Below, in pieces: positions 12,101 to 24,889 of a stretch of DNA of 64,000 nt. The stretch's first letter is position 1. Each line of letters begins with the position of its first letter. The position numbers and the translations under genes are program-made. A model generated the notes under the pieces. That model ran no database searches. It saw nothing but the letters and a program-made list of their open reading frames with translations, and was not told where the DNA came from. The stretch spans positions 11,099,818 to 11,163,817 of the forward strand of contig CM119265.1 of NCBI GenBank assembly GCA_051294375.1, written 5' to 3'. The DNA comes from Paraspadella gotoi (taxonomy: Eukaryota > Animalia > Chaetognatha).

Positions 12101-15100
12101 TTCAAAACAGTTTTTTCTAAGATTATAAAATCTAAAAATATAACTCTTTTTGAAAAATTCCTCCATTAAGTGGGTCAAAAATTAGAAAAAGCTATATTTT
12201 AAGCTGAAAATTAACTTTTTATATATTAAATATAGTTTTTTTAATTTTTAACCCACTTAATGAAAGAATTTTTAAAATGATTTATATTTTCTTTTATCAA
12301 CTTTTGACGAGGAATTAAAATCTGCAATCAAAATTAAAAAAAACCTATTTTGAAATTTTTGATTTTATAAGGATAGTACTATATATAAATATAGCCTACT
12401 GCGAAAATTAAAAAACATAAAATTAATTTTTTTTACAAATTAATGTTCACTGATGGTATGTTGTTCATAATTGACTTTTAGAATTTTCGTATGTAACTTT
12501 CACTACGCCTTAATAATTATATCACAGCCTAAGTATTTATCTTTCTTTTCCACCAGCAAAAAGTAAACATTATTTATGTTAGAGAACAGGGATGTTTACT
12601 GAAAGGAGCCGAAAAACGTTCTACTTTTTCACTTTGATGTTATTTTTTAATAATAAAATGGGCGAATTTTTTAATTATTTAACTCTCACAGGCTTCACAA
12701 GACATTACACTTTCATAATATCACAATGTTAATGTAATTCATTATATTTTTTTACCCAGAAATTATAAAATAATAAAGTTATGGATTCCTTTCGTTCGTT
12801 TAAGGAAAAAAAATTAACTAGCGGAATTATAAGTTTGAAAGAGAAACCAGAATCTGCGAAAATCTTAAAAGGCGAGAATGTTGAAAAAATGGGGAGGAAT
12901 TTTGGTGGTTTTTGGTTGATTTCTTCTAAACCCATTGACCAATTTAGACGTGACTTAAAATTTACATTATTCCAGTCATTCTGTATCTAAAAATATAAAA
13001 ATATTATGAAAAAAGGTTTAGGATCGACTTTCGGAATTTTGTTCTAAAATAACGAGATTTGATTGTTTGTCGCGAAAGAAATCATGTCTTACCGTATTTT
13101 GAAGGCATAGAAATTCACCTAGTGTGTTCTACCTTACAAGTAAAAGATAAATATAGCCAACCGTTTTTATAACTGAAGAATATCCTATATTTATCAGCGA
13201 GATGAAAATAAATGACAATTATTCCACTTTCAAAATCATTGTCTAAAATATCCGAAGCGGGAGTAGAGCCTTGAGAAAAAAATGATTACAGAAAGCTTCA
13301 TATTATAAAATGAGGTACCCCTTTTTTGTGACCAGAATCTGTTCCCACCAAACTACTTGATCGAATTTCATGAAATTCTAGTCTTAATGACAATATAAAT
13401 GAAACTATCGAGGTGAATTTTGATATTCAACCCATGACAAGAAATACAGGGCCAAAAAAGGCAAACAAATTTTTTCCCGTTTTTTAAAATGTTTTAAACA
13501 TATAAAAACATATTTTCAATAATTAAGCTTGGCTTGAAGATGCATGGTTCATCGTTTTACTTCCAATTTTCCCATATTATTCTAAATCTAACTTCAACTG
13601 CTTGTGATCATGAAGCTGAAAGTTAAGGTAAACAAATATTTTTGTGGTAATAAATATGTTTTTGTGGAAGAGTAAACGCTCTACTCCCGCTTCGGGTATT
13701 TTAGACAATGATTTTGAAATTTGAATAACTATCCTTTATTTTCATTCCACTGATAAATATAGGACATTCTTCAGAAAACAGAAAAACAGTATTTGCGATT
13801 TTTCATGTTAAGGACAACTTTTAAGGATCAAATTGCTCGTAGGAATTTACGCGTCAATCAGATTCACAGAACTCTTCAGGATAAAGATGACACTTAATAT
13901 TTTTATTTTTTCCCCTCCCGATTTATTCAACATTTATATATCTTTGAGATTTAGAAAACCTTGCTCCATGTTTAAGCCAGTTCATCCGACCGCCGACGCC
14001 TCGAACGCGCAGCATCGAAAATAATAAATATTTTCTACAATGTTCCTTTATTTTGTAATCTCTCCAAATGATTTTTTTTAGTAAATTTAGCAAATTTAGT
14101 AAATCGACAAATTTTTCTAAAAATATTTCCGCAAAATCTGTCGATTCTCAGAAAAAATAAGTCCTGACGCTTTCCATTGGATTAAAATGCGGTTTTTTTT
14201 TTATTAATCAACGTCAGTATGTATATCATCTTTTAAAAGTAATAAATGAGTTGAAAATTTTCTCTTTATTAAAAATAAATGCAAGTCACAAAAAGTCACA
14301 AATTAATAGACATCTCTAAAAATTATTTGTGGCTAAACGAAACAGGTTTTTTGCTTTTAAGCTTATTCAATAGGCTATATTTTTTGTTAATTTAAACCAA
14401 GTTGAACAATTTTCGTTTAACAAATTATGATAAAAACTGAAAATGATACTTTTTGACTTGTCAACTTTAAAATTAATTCATAAGCAAACTATAAATGATT
14501 TAAGGAAATAAATTAACCTAAAGGTGAAGAAGATAAGTAAAAAATTTTTCTCAACTTTCCTTGGCATTCAAATCAGAAGATGAAAGTGAAAATTGACAAA
14601 AATGGACATGATTTTTTTTCCTAAATGTTGCAGAAATTGTACTTTTTTATCATTAGAAACATGTAGTAGGCCTCCCAGAAATATCAAACATTTTTGAAAG
14701 TTCTTGATTCTTGCAAAGTTTCTCATTCCAAATTAGGTGGAGAAAACGAATATCACCATTAAAATTTTTTTAGAATGCTCTTTATGGACTTTCCGCGCCA
14801 CTTTTTGCGCAAACCACTTCCGGTTGAAAAAAGATACGGATTTTTAAAAGAAGAAAGCAGTTATTCAGCCAGCACACTTAGTAATTAATCAAAATACAGC
14901 TCCTAATAATCCTAATACCTAATTATTTGGTTTTGCTTCACAAATTAAATTTTGTATGTCAAAGGATAACAATTAGAAAAGGCTTTATATTATAAAATGC
15001 TTGCTTTTGACAAAATTAGTGATAAAATTTTATTTTCGCCGACCAAGGTTTGGCGTTTTTAAAAACTTGTTGCCTTTAAACCTTCAGTTGATATTATGTA

Positions 15101-17674
15101 TTTAAGATTCGCTTTATACTGCTTTTTATGTAATTTTTTTTATTTTAAAAAATTATTTATTTTTATACATATTTTGAAAACCCTCGTAAGTCATAACAAC
15201 ATAATTAAGTCCAATTAATTAAATTTTATATTAACTACTTGAAGTATTAATAACAAAGGCAAAAGAGGGGCGAAATGCTCTACGATGCCCCCTTACCGTC
15301 TGACGGAGCAGCGAATCTCTCTCCGTGTGTTTGAGTCCGCTGCTTCAGGAGCTGCAGCAAGGGGGCATCGATAGAAAAAAGTGCCGGAGAAAAAAAGGTC
15401 AGCCACCGATGACGACTGAGGCGTCACCGTAGTTCGGTGAAAGGATTATCTGTTACTGAGGTTATCTTGATGACTAGGGTCACAAGAATATATTTATTTT
15501 TTGCCCAGACTTTTTATTCTGTCGGTAGTAGTACCTTTATACTGTCTGTTATTGACTTCGCTACATGAACTTGTCGTCTGGGAATTCGTTTGGAGCTCAG
15601 GTCTGCTGTGAGACGTTGCCATTGTTATTGGGCCCCAGCACCGGTGGCCTTGTTTCCTCGGCGCTATATCTACGTAACCACTAACCAAGAGTTTTAGTGC
15701 CAAGTTAGCGTTAGAATTAGGGGTCTAGGAAGCATCGCTGCAAAATAATCATTTATCGCGATGTCCGCCCGCAATTTTTGGCGACATTGCGATACAAATT
15801 ATATAAACTATTTATTAAAAAATAATAGCCTCCTTGCCATTGAGTTTGGACCTGCTATAGTGAGTTAAAGCATCCATCCCTCTTTCATCATATTTTTTAA
15901 ATTTATTTTTATTTCTTAAAATGTTTTGTATTTTGCACTTTATTTTCAATCAAAATATTTGAATTATTGTTAATGATTGTGTAGTCGGCCCTTGCATAAG
16001 TTCATCCCACCTATAAGCATGACACCTTCTGTCTAAACCAGGTGGCTCATTGAGTAAAGCCTTCAGCTCATGACCATTAAGTACCGGGTTCAATCCCAAA
16101 CCGATACCGATACCGACCCTGTGGGAAGCGTAAGGACAGCCATAAACCACCTTGGGGGCGTGGAAAACCCTCAACCCTGGTTCCAAGCCCAGGACCCGTT
16201 CCATGGCATGGTTGCTGACGGGGCATAGAAGTTACGGATAGTAGTATTCAGCCCACTTAGCGCCTTATTCATAATTTTTTTTATTATTGTCATTATGGAT
16301 CAATTAACTAATAAAAAATATTAAATACATATTTATAAAAATATAACAGAAAAAATATTATTAATATAAAAGAATAGTATTTGAAAAATCTTTCAAAAAT
16401 ACAATTATTTCCATTTTTTTTTTGAGGTAATATTGATAAAAATTTTAATATTTTTAAAAATTTATATACAAATATAATTTATAAAAAGTAAAATAATCAT
16501 TCAGCTATGTATAATAAACCATAAAATAAAATAAATAATTTTAGTCTAAAATTGTTTTATTCCTAAAAACAACAATTATTTTTTAACCGGAAGTGGTACG
16601 ACACATAAAGTGGCGTGGAAAGTCCATAAATCTCTACCCGAGAAATTTTTCATTGTGATATTCGTTTTTTTCATTAAAATTGGAATGAGAAACTTTGCAA
16701 GAACAAACAACTTTTCTAAAGTGGGATATTTTTGGGAGCCCTAACATGTAGAGATGATCTTAACCAATCCCTCGTTCGGCCCAATTTGTATTGTGGTACA
16801 AATTAAATTAATATTGTAAGTAACAACTGAACAATAATAGAAAAAGTAGTTTTTTTTACTAAATGCGAAGTTTGTAAGCGGAACCTAAACGTCTGTGCAT
16901 CTGTTCAAAACAAAAATAATTTAAAAAAATTGAAAAAGATTTTGACCATTTTTTGCTCCTTTGGGTGACACTCATATCTCGGCTCAGGGGTCAAATATTG
17001 AAATTCGTCTCGATAGTTCTATTTGTATTAACATAAGGATCATTCATACCAAACTTCATTGAATTTGGTCCAGTAATTTTCTCGGAACATGTTCGGGTCA
17101 CAAAAAAGGGGTACCTCATTTTATAATATGAAGCCTTCTGTAGACGACATCCGACCCCATTTCCTCACCCGCTCTGTTCTCGACGTCCGTCTTATTGGCG
17201 AGGACGACGAAAGGAAAGTTCTGCGGGTCTTTGACGTCGGCGTAATAGAGAAACTCCTTTTTCCACATGAGGAGGTTCTTGAAGCTTTGGAGGTCGTCGA
17301 CGGCGAAAGTGAGCAAGCAGATGTCCGATCCGCGATAGAATGGAGTGCGGAGAGAGCGGAACCGCTCCTGTCCCGCCGTGTCCCATATCTGGAGAAGAAA
17401 GCTTTATAATTTAGTATGAACATACTAAAAAATAGAATCGAATAGTTAATTATCTAAATTTAACAAACAGCCTCGTTTCTTTCACCTGAAGAGTGTATCT
17501 CTGTCCCTCCGTCTCGATCTCCTTGTTGAGGAACTCGACGCCGATGGTGTGGAAGCAGTGATCGTCGAAGGTGTTGGAGACATAGCGGTTCATCAAGGAA
17601 CTCTTCCCGACGCCGCCGTCGCCCAAAAGAATCACTTTCAGCAGGCAACTCTTTGGATTACGAGGCCCAGACAT
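6720..17674 (-). CDS. RAB9: Rab9 small GTPase; exons 17674-17486, 17388-17169, 6940-6720
   Basis: [81 protein letters not shown] and C-terminal SSCC; splice phases are consistent. Confidence 0.92.
6975..13268. mobile_element. Non-autonomous element X, copy 1 (with nested repeats); inverted relative to 13679-16885
   Basis: 6975-7690 is the reverse complement of 14090-14660 plus 16752-16885; 13170-13268 is the reverse complement of 13679-13775. Related sequence at about 31200-33200. Confidence 0.55.
8780..9010. repeat. Minisatellite, about 22-bp unit (GATGCGATGATAACCAAATATT-like), about 10 degenerating copies
   Basis: Direct tandem copies are visible. Confidence 0.8.
13679..16885. mobile_element. 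Element X copy 2, flanked by the 6-bp duplication TAAACG
   Basis: TAAACG at 13673-13678 and 16886-16891; uninterrupted MITE at about 61521 reads AGTAAACGTCTGTG once. Confidence 0.6.
14667..16743. mobile_element. Non-autonomous hAT-type DNA transposon
   Basis: About 165-bp imperfect TIRs beginning TAGG and ending CCTA; perfect 8-bp TSD ACATGTAG (14659-14666, 16744-16751). Confidence 0.8.
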
Positions 17675-20600
17675 TTTAAGACGGTGTTGTAGATAAGGAG
17701 ACAATTAAGAATATATATTTTTGTTCTTTATTTTTTTTTTATTAGTTTTTGTCTGGGTCGCTGTGTTTTTTTGATGGATTTGGTTTACGAATCCTTTACC
17801 AAGTCCATAAAGTGCATGATCCAAAAAACAGTCATTGTCTTCAAATCATTAATTCTTCCCTAAATCGTTCATAACCGGAAGCATTTTCTGATAATCTGCC
17901 TTTTTTTTTAGTCGGATCTGCTTATCAGCAGATCCCGACTCTATAATTTACTTTGTCGTTCCGTCGGCCCCACCTCTAAATCTTTTTATTACATCAGAAC
18001 ATCATATTATGCTATAAATTAAGCAACAAAAAAAACGATGTCCGTCCGTCCGTCTGTCTGTCCCCCCTTAGCAAAAAACTCCAATTACTCGTGATTGGAT
18101 GGTTGGATTGGAATGAAATTTTGTGTGTGGGTAGGAAAGTGTGTGATTGAGCTGGATCTTAAGTTTCGATGGAATCGTGCTAGTGGAAATGAGTTATAAA
18201 TAATAATAATAAAAAACTTAAATCTTTTTACTAATTTTAACCCATAATTACTCAAATTAATCATAATTGGATAGATAGATTGAGATTAAATTTTGTGTGT
18301 GGGTAAGAAAGTGTGTGATGAAGCTGGATATAAAATTTAGATGGAATCGTGGAAATGAGTTTAAATGGAAAAAACATAAGTCACTTTTATTTTATTCTTT
18401 TTAATAATTTTAATCCATAATTAATCGATTGATTCATAATTGGATGGATAGAATAGGATGAAATTTTTTGTGTGTGGGTAAGAATGTGTGTGATTGAGCA
18501 GGATATAAAGTTTCGTTGGAAACGAGAAGTGGAAATGAGTTTGCATGGAAAAAACGAAAGTCAAGTCGACTTGAATTTTTATTATTTATGCTTCATTTTA
18601 ATTAATTAATTATTTAATTAATTAAGTGAAAAAATGATGCAATTTGAAAAAATGATGCAAGTTAAAAAAATGATGCAAGTTGAAAAAAATTATGCGAGTT
18701 GAAAAAATGATGCAAATTTGAAAAATAATGCGAGTTAAAAATATCTTAAGAAAAATGGTCATTCAAATCAACTTCAAAATAGGCCAAAATGGCCAAAAAG
18801 CTGAGCTCCTGGCGATTCCGAAAATGTATTCACTTTAAACATTTGATGCATTCTACGCCATTTTATATCGGTTTTAATTATAATATATGTATATTTATAT
18901 ATATTATATATATATTAATATATATTATATTGGTTGTACCAATTTCATAAAATAAAAAAATGAATGGGAAATTTTGCTTTTTGAAAATTGCAAACGGGGT
19001 TATGGTATGTTAACGTTATAAATATCACTTCGAATTATGAGATTTGGAAAGCCTCTTGTCTCAAGAGCATGCCAAATTTTTCTTTTCATTATTGACCGAA
19101 CTCTTCATAGTAAACCAACGTGGTAAAGTCCATTGTGGTCTGGTTTGACAACATGAAATTTTTATTTAAAAAAAAATTAAAAGGAAGGTTGAGAGAAAAA
19201 ACTGATTTTTCCTAATATCTATTGAAGGAACAAAGATACAGGGATGGCAATAGTACCAAAATGAAGCCATAATCATTGGGCTCATACAAGTTACAATGAA
19301 TTTTAAAACTAATGAAACCCCTAAAAATAAATGAAAATTAAATTCTTTTTAGTGATTCTGAAAGAAAAAAGGCTAAATTGTACTCTAGTAAAACTTTAAA
19401 GTTTTTTGGATAAAGAAAATAGAATTTTTTTTCACATAAATATTTGCTTGACTGATATTACAAGCATGCTTACAAAATTCTACAAAATATTATTCACCCC
19501 ATCACAGCCTAAGTATTTATCTTTCTTTTCCACCAGCAAAAAGTAAACATTATTTTATGTTAGAGAACAGGGATGTTTACTGAAAGGAGCCAGAAAACGT
19601 TCAACTTCTTCACTTTGATGTTATTTTCCAATAATAAAATAGGCGAATTTTTAAATTATTTAACTCTCACAGGCTTCACAAGACATTACACTTTCATAAT
19701 ATCACAATGTTAATGTAATTCATTATATATTTTTACCCAAAAATTATAAAATAATAAAGTTATGGATTCCTTTTGTTCGTTTAAGGAAAAAAAATTCTGT
19801 GCGAAAGAATGAAAAGGCGCGTGGAATATGTTGAAAAAATGGGAGGAAATTTTGGTGTTTTGAGCGTTATTTCTTCTAAATCCATTGGCACAATTTTTGA
19901 GCGGATTAAGAATTTTCTACATTATTTCCAGCATTGATCTGTATCTAAGAAATATAAAATATTATTATGAAAAAAGGTTTTAGGATGCGACTTGTATCGG
20001 AATTTTGTTTCTAAATAAAAGAGATTTGATTGTTTGTCCGAAAGAGAAAATCATGTCTTTACCGTATTTTGAAGGGGCATAGAAAATCCCACCTAGTGTG
20101 TTTACCTTACAAGTAAACAGATAAATATAAGCCAACGCGTTTTTATAACTGAAGAATATCCTATATTTCATCAGCGAGATGAAAATAAACATGACAATTT
20201 ATTCGCATTTCAAATCATTGTTAAAATATCGCGAAGCGGGAGTAGAAGCTTGAGAAAAAAATGATTACAGAAAAGCTTCATGATTATAAAATGAGGTACC
20301 CCTTGTTCTTGTGACCAGAATCTGTTCCACCACAACCTACTTGATCGAAATTGTCATAGAAATTCTAGTCTTAATGACAATATAAATGAAACACTAATCG
20401 AGGTGAATTTTGATATTCAACCCATGACAAGAAAATACAGGGCCAAAAAAGGCAAAAAATTTTTTCCCGTTTTTTAAATGTTTAAACATATAAAAACATA
20501 TTTTCAATAATTAAGCTTGGCTTGAAGATGCATGGTTCATCGTTTTAACTCCAATTTTCCATATTATTCTAAATCTAACTTCAACTGCTTGTGATCATGA

Positions 20601-23600
20601 AGCTCGAAAGTTAAGGTAAACAAATATTTTTGTGGTATAAATATTTTTGGGTGGAAGAGTAAACGCTCTACCCAGCTTCGGGTATTTTAGACAACTGATT
20701 TTGAAATTTGAATAACTTATCCTTTATTTTCATTCCACTCGATAAATATAGGACATTCTTCAGAAAACAGAAAAACACGTATTTGCGATTTTCATGTTAA
20801 GGACAACTTTTAAGGATCAAATTGCTCGTAGGAATTTACGCGTCAATCAGTTCACAGAACTCTCAGGATAAAGATGACACTTAATATTTTTATTTTTTGC
20901 CCTCCCGATTTATTTCAACATTTATATATTCTTGAGATTTAGAAAACCTTGCTTCCATGTTTAGCCAAGTTCATCCGACGCGCGACGCCTCGAACGCGCA
21001 GCATCGAAAAATAATATTTTCTACATATTTTTGTAATCTCGTTCTAAAATGATTTTTTTTAGTAAATTTAGCAATTTAGTAAATCGACAAAATTTTTCTA
21101 AAAAATATTTCCGCAAAATCTGTCGATTCTCAGAAAAAATAAGTTCCTGACGCTTTCCATTGGATTAAAAATGCGGTTTTTTTTTTTATTAATCAACGTC
21201 AGTAATGTATATCATCTTTTAAAAGTAATAAATGAGTTGAAAATTTTCTCATTTATTAAAAATAAATGCAAGTCACAAAAGTCACAAATTAATAGACATC
21301 TCTAAAAATTATTTGTGGCTAAACGAAACAGGTTTTTTGCTTTTAAGCTTATTCAATAGGCTATATTTTTTGTTAATTTAAACCAAGTTGAACAATTTTC
21401 GTTTAAACAATGTATGATAAAAACTGAAAATGATACTTTTTGACTTGTCAACTTAAATTAATTTCATAAGCAAACTATAAATGATTTAGAGGAAATAAAA
21501 TTAACCTAAAGTGGAAGAAGATAAGTAAAAAATTTTTCAAACTTTCCTTGGCATTCAAATCAGAAGATGAAAGTGAAAATTGACAAAAAATGGACATGAT
21601 TTTTTTTCCTAAATGTTGCAGAAATTGTACTTTTTAATACATTAGAAAACATGTAGTAGGCCTCCCAGAAATAATCAAACATTTTTGAAAGTTCTTGATT
21701 CTTGCAAAGTTTCTCATTCCAAATTAGGTGGAGAAAAGAATATCACCATTAAAATTTTTTAGAATGCTCTTTATGGACTTTCCGCGCCAACTTTTTGCGC
21801 GACAACACACTTCCGGTTGAAAAAGAATACGGGATTTTTAAAAAGAAGAAAGCAGTTATTCAGCCAGCACACTTAGTAATTAATCAAAATACAGCTCCTA
21901 ATAATCCTAATACCTAATTATTTGGTTTGCTTCACAAATTAAATTTTGTATGTCAAAGGATAACAATTTAGAAAAGGCTTTTATATATAAAATGCTTGCT
22001 TTTGACAAAATTAGTGATAAAATTTTATTTTCGCCGACCAAGGTTTTGGCGTTTTAAAAACTTGTTGCCTTTAAACCTTCAGTTGATATTATGTATTTAA
22101 GATTCGCTTTATACTGCTTTTTATGTAATTTTTTTTATTTAAAAAAATTATTTTATTTTTATACATATTTTGAAAACCCTCGTAAGTCATAACAACATAA
22201 TTAAGTCCAATTAATTAAATTTTATATTAACTACTTGAAGTATTAATAACAAAGGCAAAAGAGGGGCGAAATGCTCTACGATGCCCCTTACCGTCTGACG
22301 GAGCAGCGAATCTCTCTCGGTGTGTTGAGTCCGCTGCTTCAGGAGCTGCAGCAAGGGGGCATCGATAGAAAAAAGTGCCGGAGAGAAAAAAAGGTCAGCC
22401 ACCGATGACGACTGAGGCGTCACCGTAGTTCGGTGAAAGGATTAATCTGTTACTGAGGTTATCTTGATGACTAGGGTCACAAGAATATATTTATTTTTTG
22501 CCCAGACTTTTTATTCTGTCGGTAGTAGTACCTTTATACTGTCTGTTATTGACTTCGCTACACTGAACTTGTCGTCTGGGAATTCGTTTGGAGCTCAGGT
22601 CTGCTGTGAGACGTTGCCATTGTTATTGGCCCCAGCACCGGGTCCTTGTTTCCTCGGCGGCTATATCTACGTAACCACTAACCAAGAGTTTTAGTGCCAA
22701 GTTAGCGTTAGAATTAGGGGTCTAGGAAGCATCGCTGCAAAATAATCATTTATCGCGATGTCCGCCCGCAATTTTTGGCGACATTGCGATACAAATTATA
22801 TAAACTATTTATTAAAAAATAATAGCCTCCTTGCCATTGAGTTTGGACCTGCTATATGAGTAAAGCATCCATCCCTCTTTCATCATATTTTTTAAATTTA
22901 TTTTTATTTCTTAAAAATGTTTTGTATTTGCACTTTATTTTTCAATCAAAAATATTTGAATTATTGTTAATGATTGTGTAGTCGGCCCTTGCATAAGTTC
23001 ATCCCACCTATAAGCATGACACCTTCTGTCTAAACCAGGTGGCTCATTGAGTAAAGCCTTCAGCTCATGACCATTAAGTACCGGGTTCAATCCCAAACCG
23101 ATACCGATACCGACCCTGTGGGAAGCGTAAGGACAGCCATAAACCACCTGGGGGCGTGGAAAACCCTCAACCCTGGTTCCAAGCCCAGGCCCGTTCCATG
23201 GCATGGTTGCTGACGGGGCATAGAAGTTCGGATAGTAGTATTCAGCCCACTTAGCGCCTTATTCATTAATTTTTTATTATTGTCATTATGGATCAATTAA
23301 CTAATAAAAAATATTAAATACAATTTATAAAAATATAACAGAAAAAAATATTAATTAAATAAAAGAATAGTATTTGAAAAATCTTTCAAAAATACAATAT
23401 TTCCATTTTTTTTGAGGTAATATTGATAAAAATTTTAATATTTTTAAAAATTTATATACAAATATAATTTATAAAAAGTAAAATAATCATTCAGCTATGT
23501 ATAATAAACCATAAAATAAATAATTTTAGTCTAAAATTGTTTTTTCCTAAAAAAAACAATTATTTTAAACCGGAAGTGGTACGACACATAAAGTGGCGTG

Positions 23601-24146
23601 GAAAGTCCATAAATCTCTACCCGAGAAATTTTTCATTGTGATATTCGTTTTTTCATTAAATTTGAATGAGAAACTTTGCAAGAACAAAACAACTTTCTAA
23701 AGTGGGATATTTTTGGGAGCCCTAACATGTAGAGATGATCTTAACCAATCCCTCGTTCGGCCCAATTTGTATTGTGGTACAAATTAAATTAATATTGTAA
23801 GTAACAACTGAACAATAATAGAAAAAGTAGTTTTTTTTACTAAATGCGAAGTTTGTAAGCGGAACCTAAACGTCTGTGCATCTGTTCAAAACAAAAATAA
23901 TTTAAAAAAAATTGAAAAGATTTTGACCATTTTTTGCCCCTTTGGGTGACACTCATATCTCGGCTCAGGGGTCAAATATTGAAATTCGTCTCGATAGTTC
24001 TATTTGTATTAACATAAGGATCATTCATACCAAACTTCATTGAATTTGGTCCAGTAATTTTCTCGGAACATGTTCGGGTCACAAAAAAGGGGTACCTCAT
24101 TTTATAATATGAAGCCTTCTGTAGACGACATCCGACCCCATTTCTC

Positions 24147-24654
24147 ACTACGCTCTGTTCTCGACGTCCGTCTTATTGCGCGAGGACGACGAAAGGAAAG
24201 TTCTGCGGGTCTTTGACGTCGGCGTAATAGAGAAACTCCTTTTTCCACATGAGGAGGTTCTTGAAGCTTTGGAGGTCGTCGACGGCGAAAGTGAGCAAGC
24301 AGATGTCCGATCCGCGATAGAATGGAGTGCGGAGAGAGCGGAACCGCTCCTGTCCCGCCGTGTCCCATATCTGGAGAAGAAAGCTTTATAATTTAGTATG
24401 AACATACTAAAAAATAGAATCGAATAGTTAATTATCTAAATTTAACAAACAGCCTCGTTTTCTTTCACTGAAGAGTGTATCTCTGTCCTCCGTCTCGATC
24501 TCCTTGTTGAGGAACTCGACGCCGATGGTGTGGAAGCAGTGATCGTCGAAGGTGTTGGAGACATAGCGGTTCATCAAGGAACTCTTCCGACGCCGCCGTC
24601 GCCCAAAAGAATCACTTTCAGCAGGCAACTCTTTGGATTACGAGGCCCAGACAT
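24147..24654 (-). pseudogene. Second, frameshifted copy of RAB9 exons 1-2
   Basis: Same sequence as 17169-17674 with several single-base indels; probably read error rather than decay. Confidence 0.55.
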
Positions 24655-24889
24655 TTTAAGACGGTGTTGTAGATAAGGAGACAATTAAGAATATATATTT
24701 TTGTTTTTATTTTTTTTTTATTAGTTTTTTGTCTGGGTCGCTGTGTTTTTTTGATGGATTTGGTTTACGAATCCTTTACCAAGTCCATAAAGTGCATGAT
24801 CCAAAAAACAGTCATTGTCTTCAAATCATTAATTCTTCCCTAAATCGTTCATAACCGGAAGCATTTTCTGATAATCTGCCTTTTTTTTT

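Larger units (their letters stand above)
13289..17140. mobile_element. Tc1/mariner-type MITE split by insertion of element X
   Basis: TA|CAGAAAGCTTCATATTAT... at 13289 and ...ATATGAAGCCTTCTG|TA at 17140; the two halves join at a duplicated TAAACG. Confidence 0.65.

Noticed and set aside
15250-16260. Short ORFs inside the hAT element
   Set aside because: No recognisable transposase motifs; frames are interrupted.
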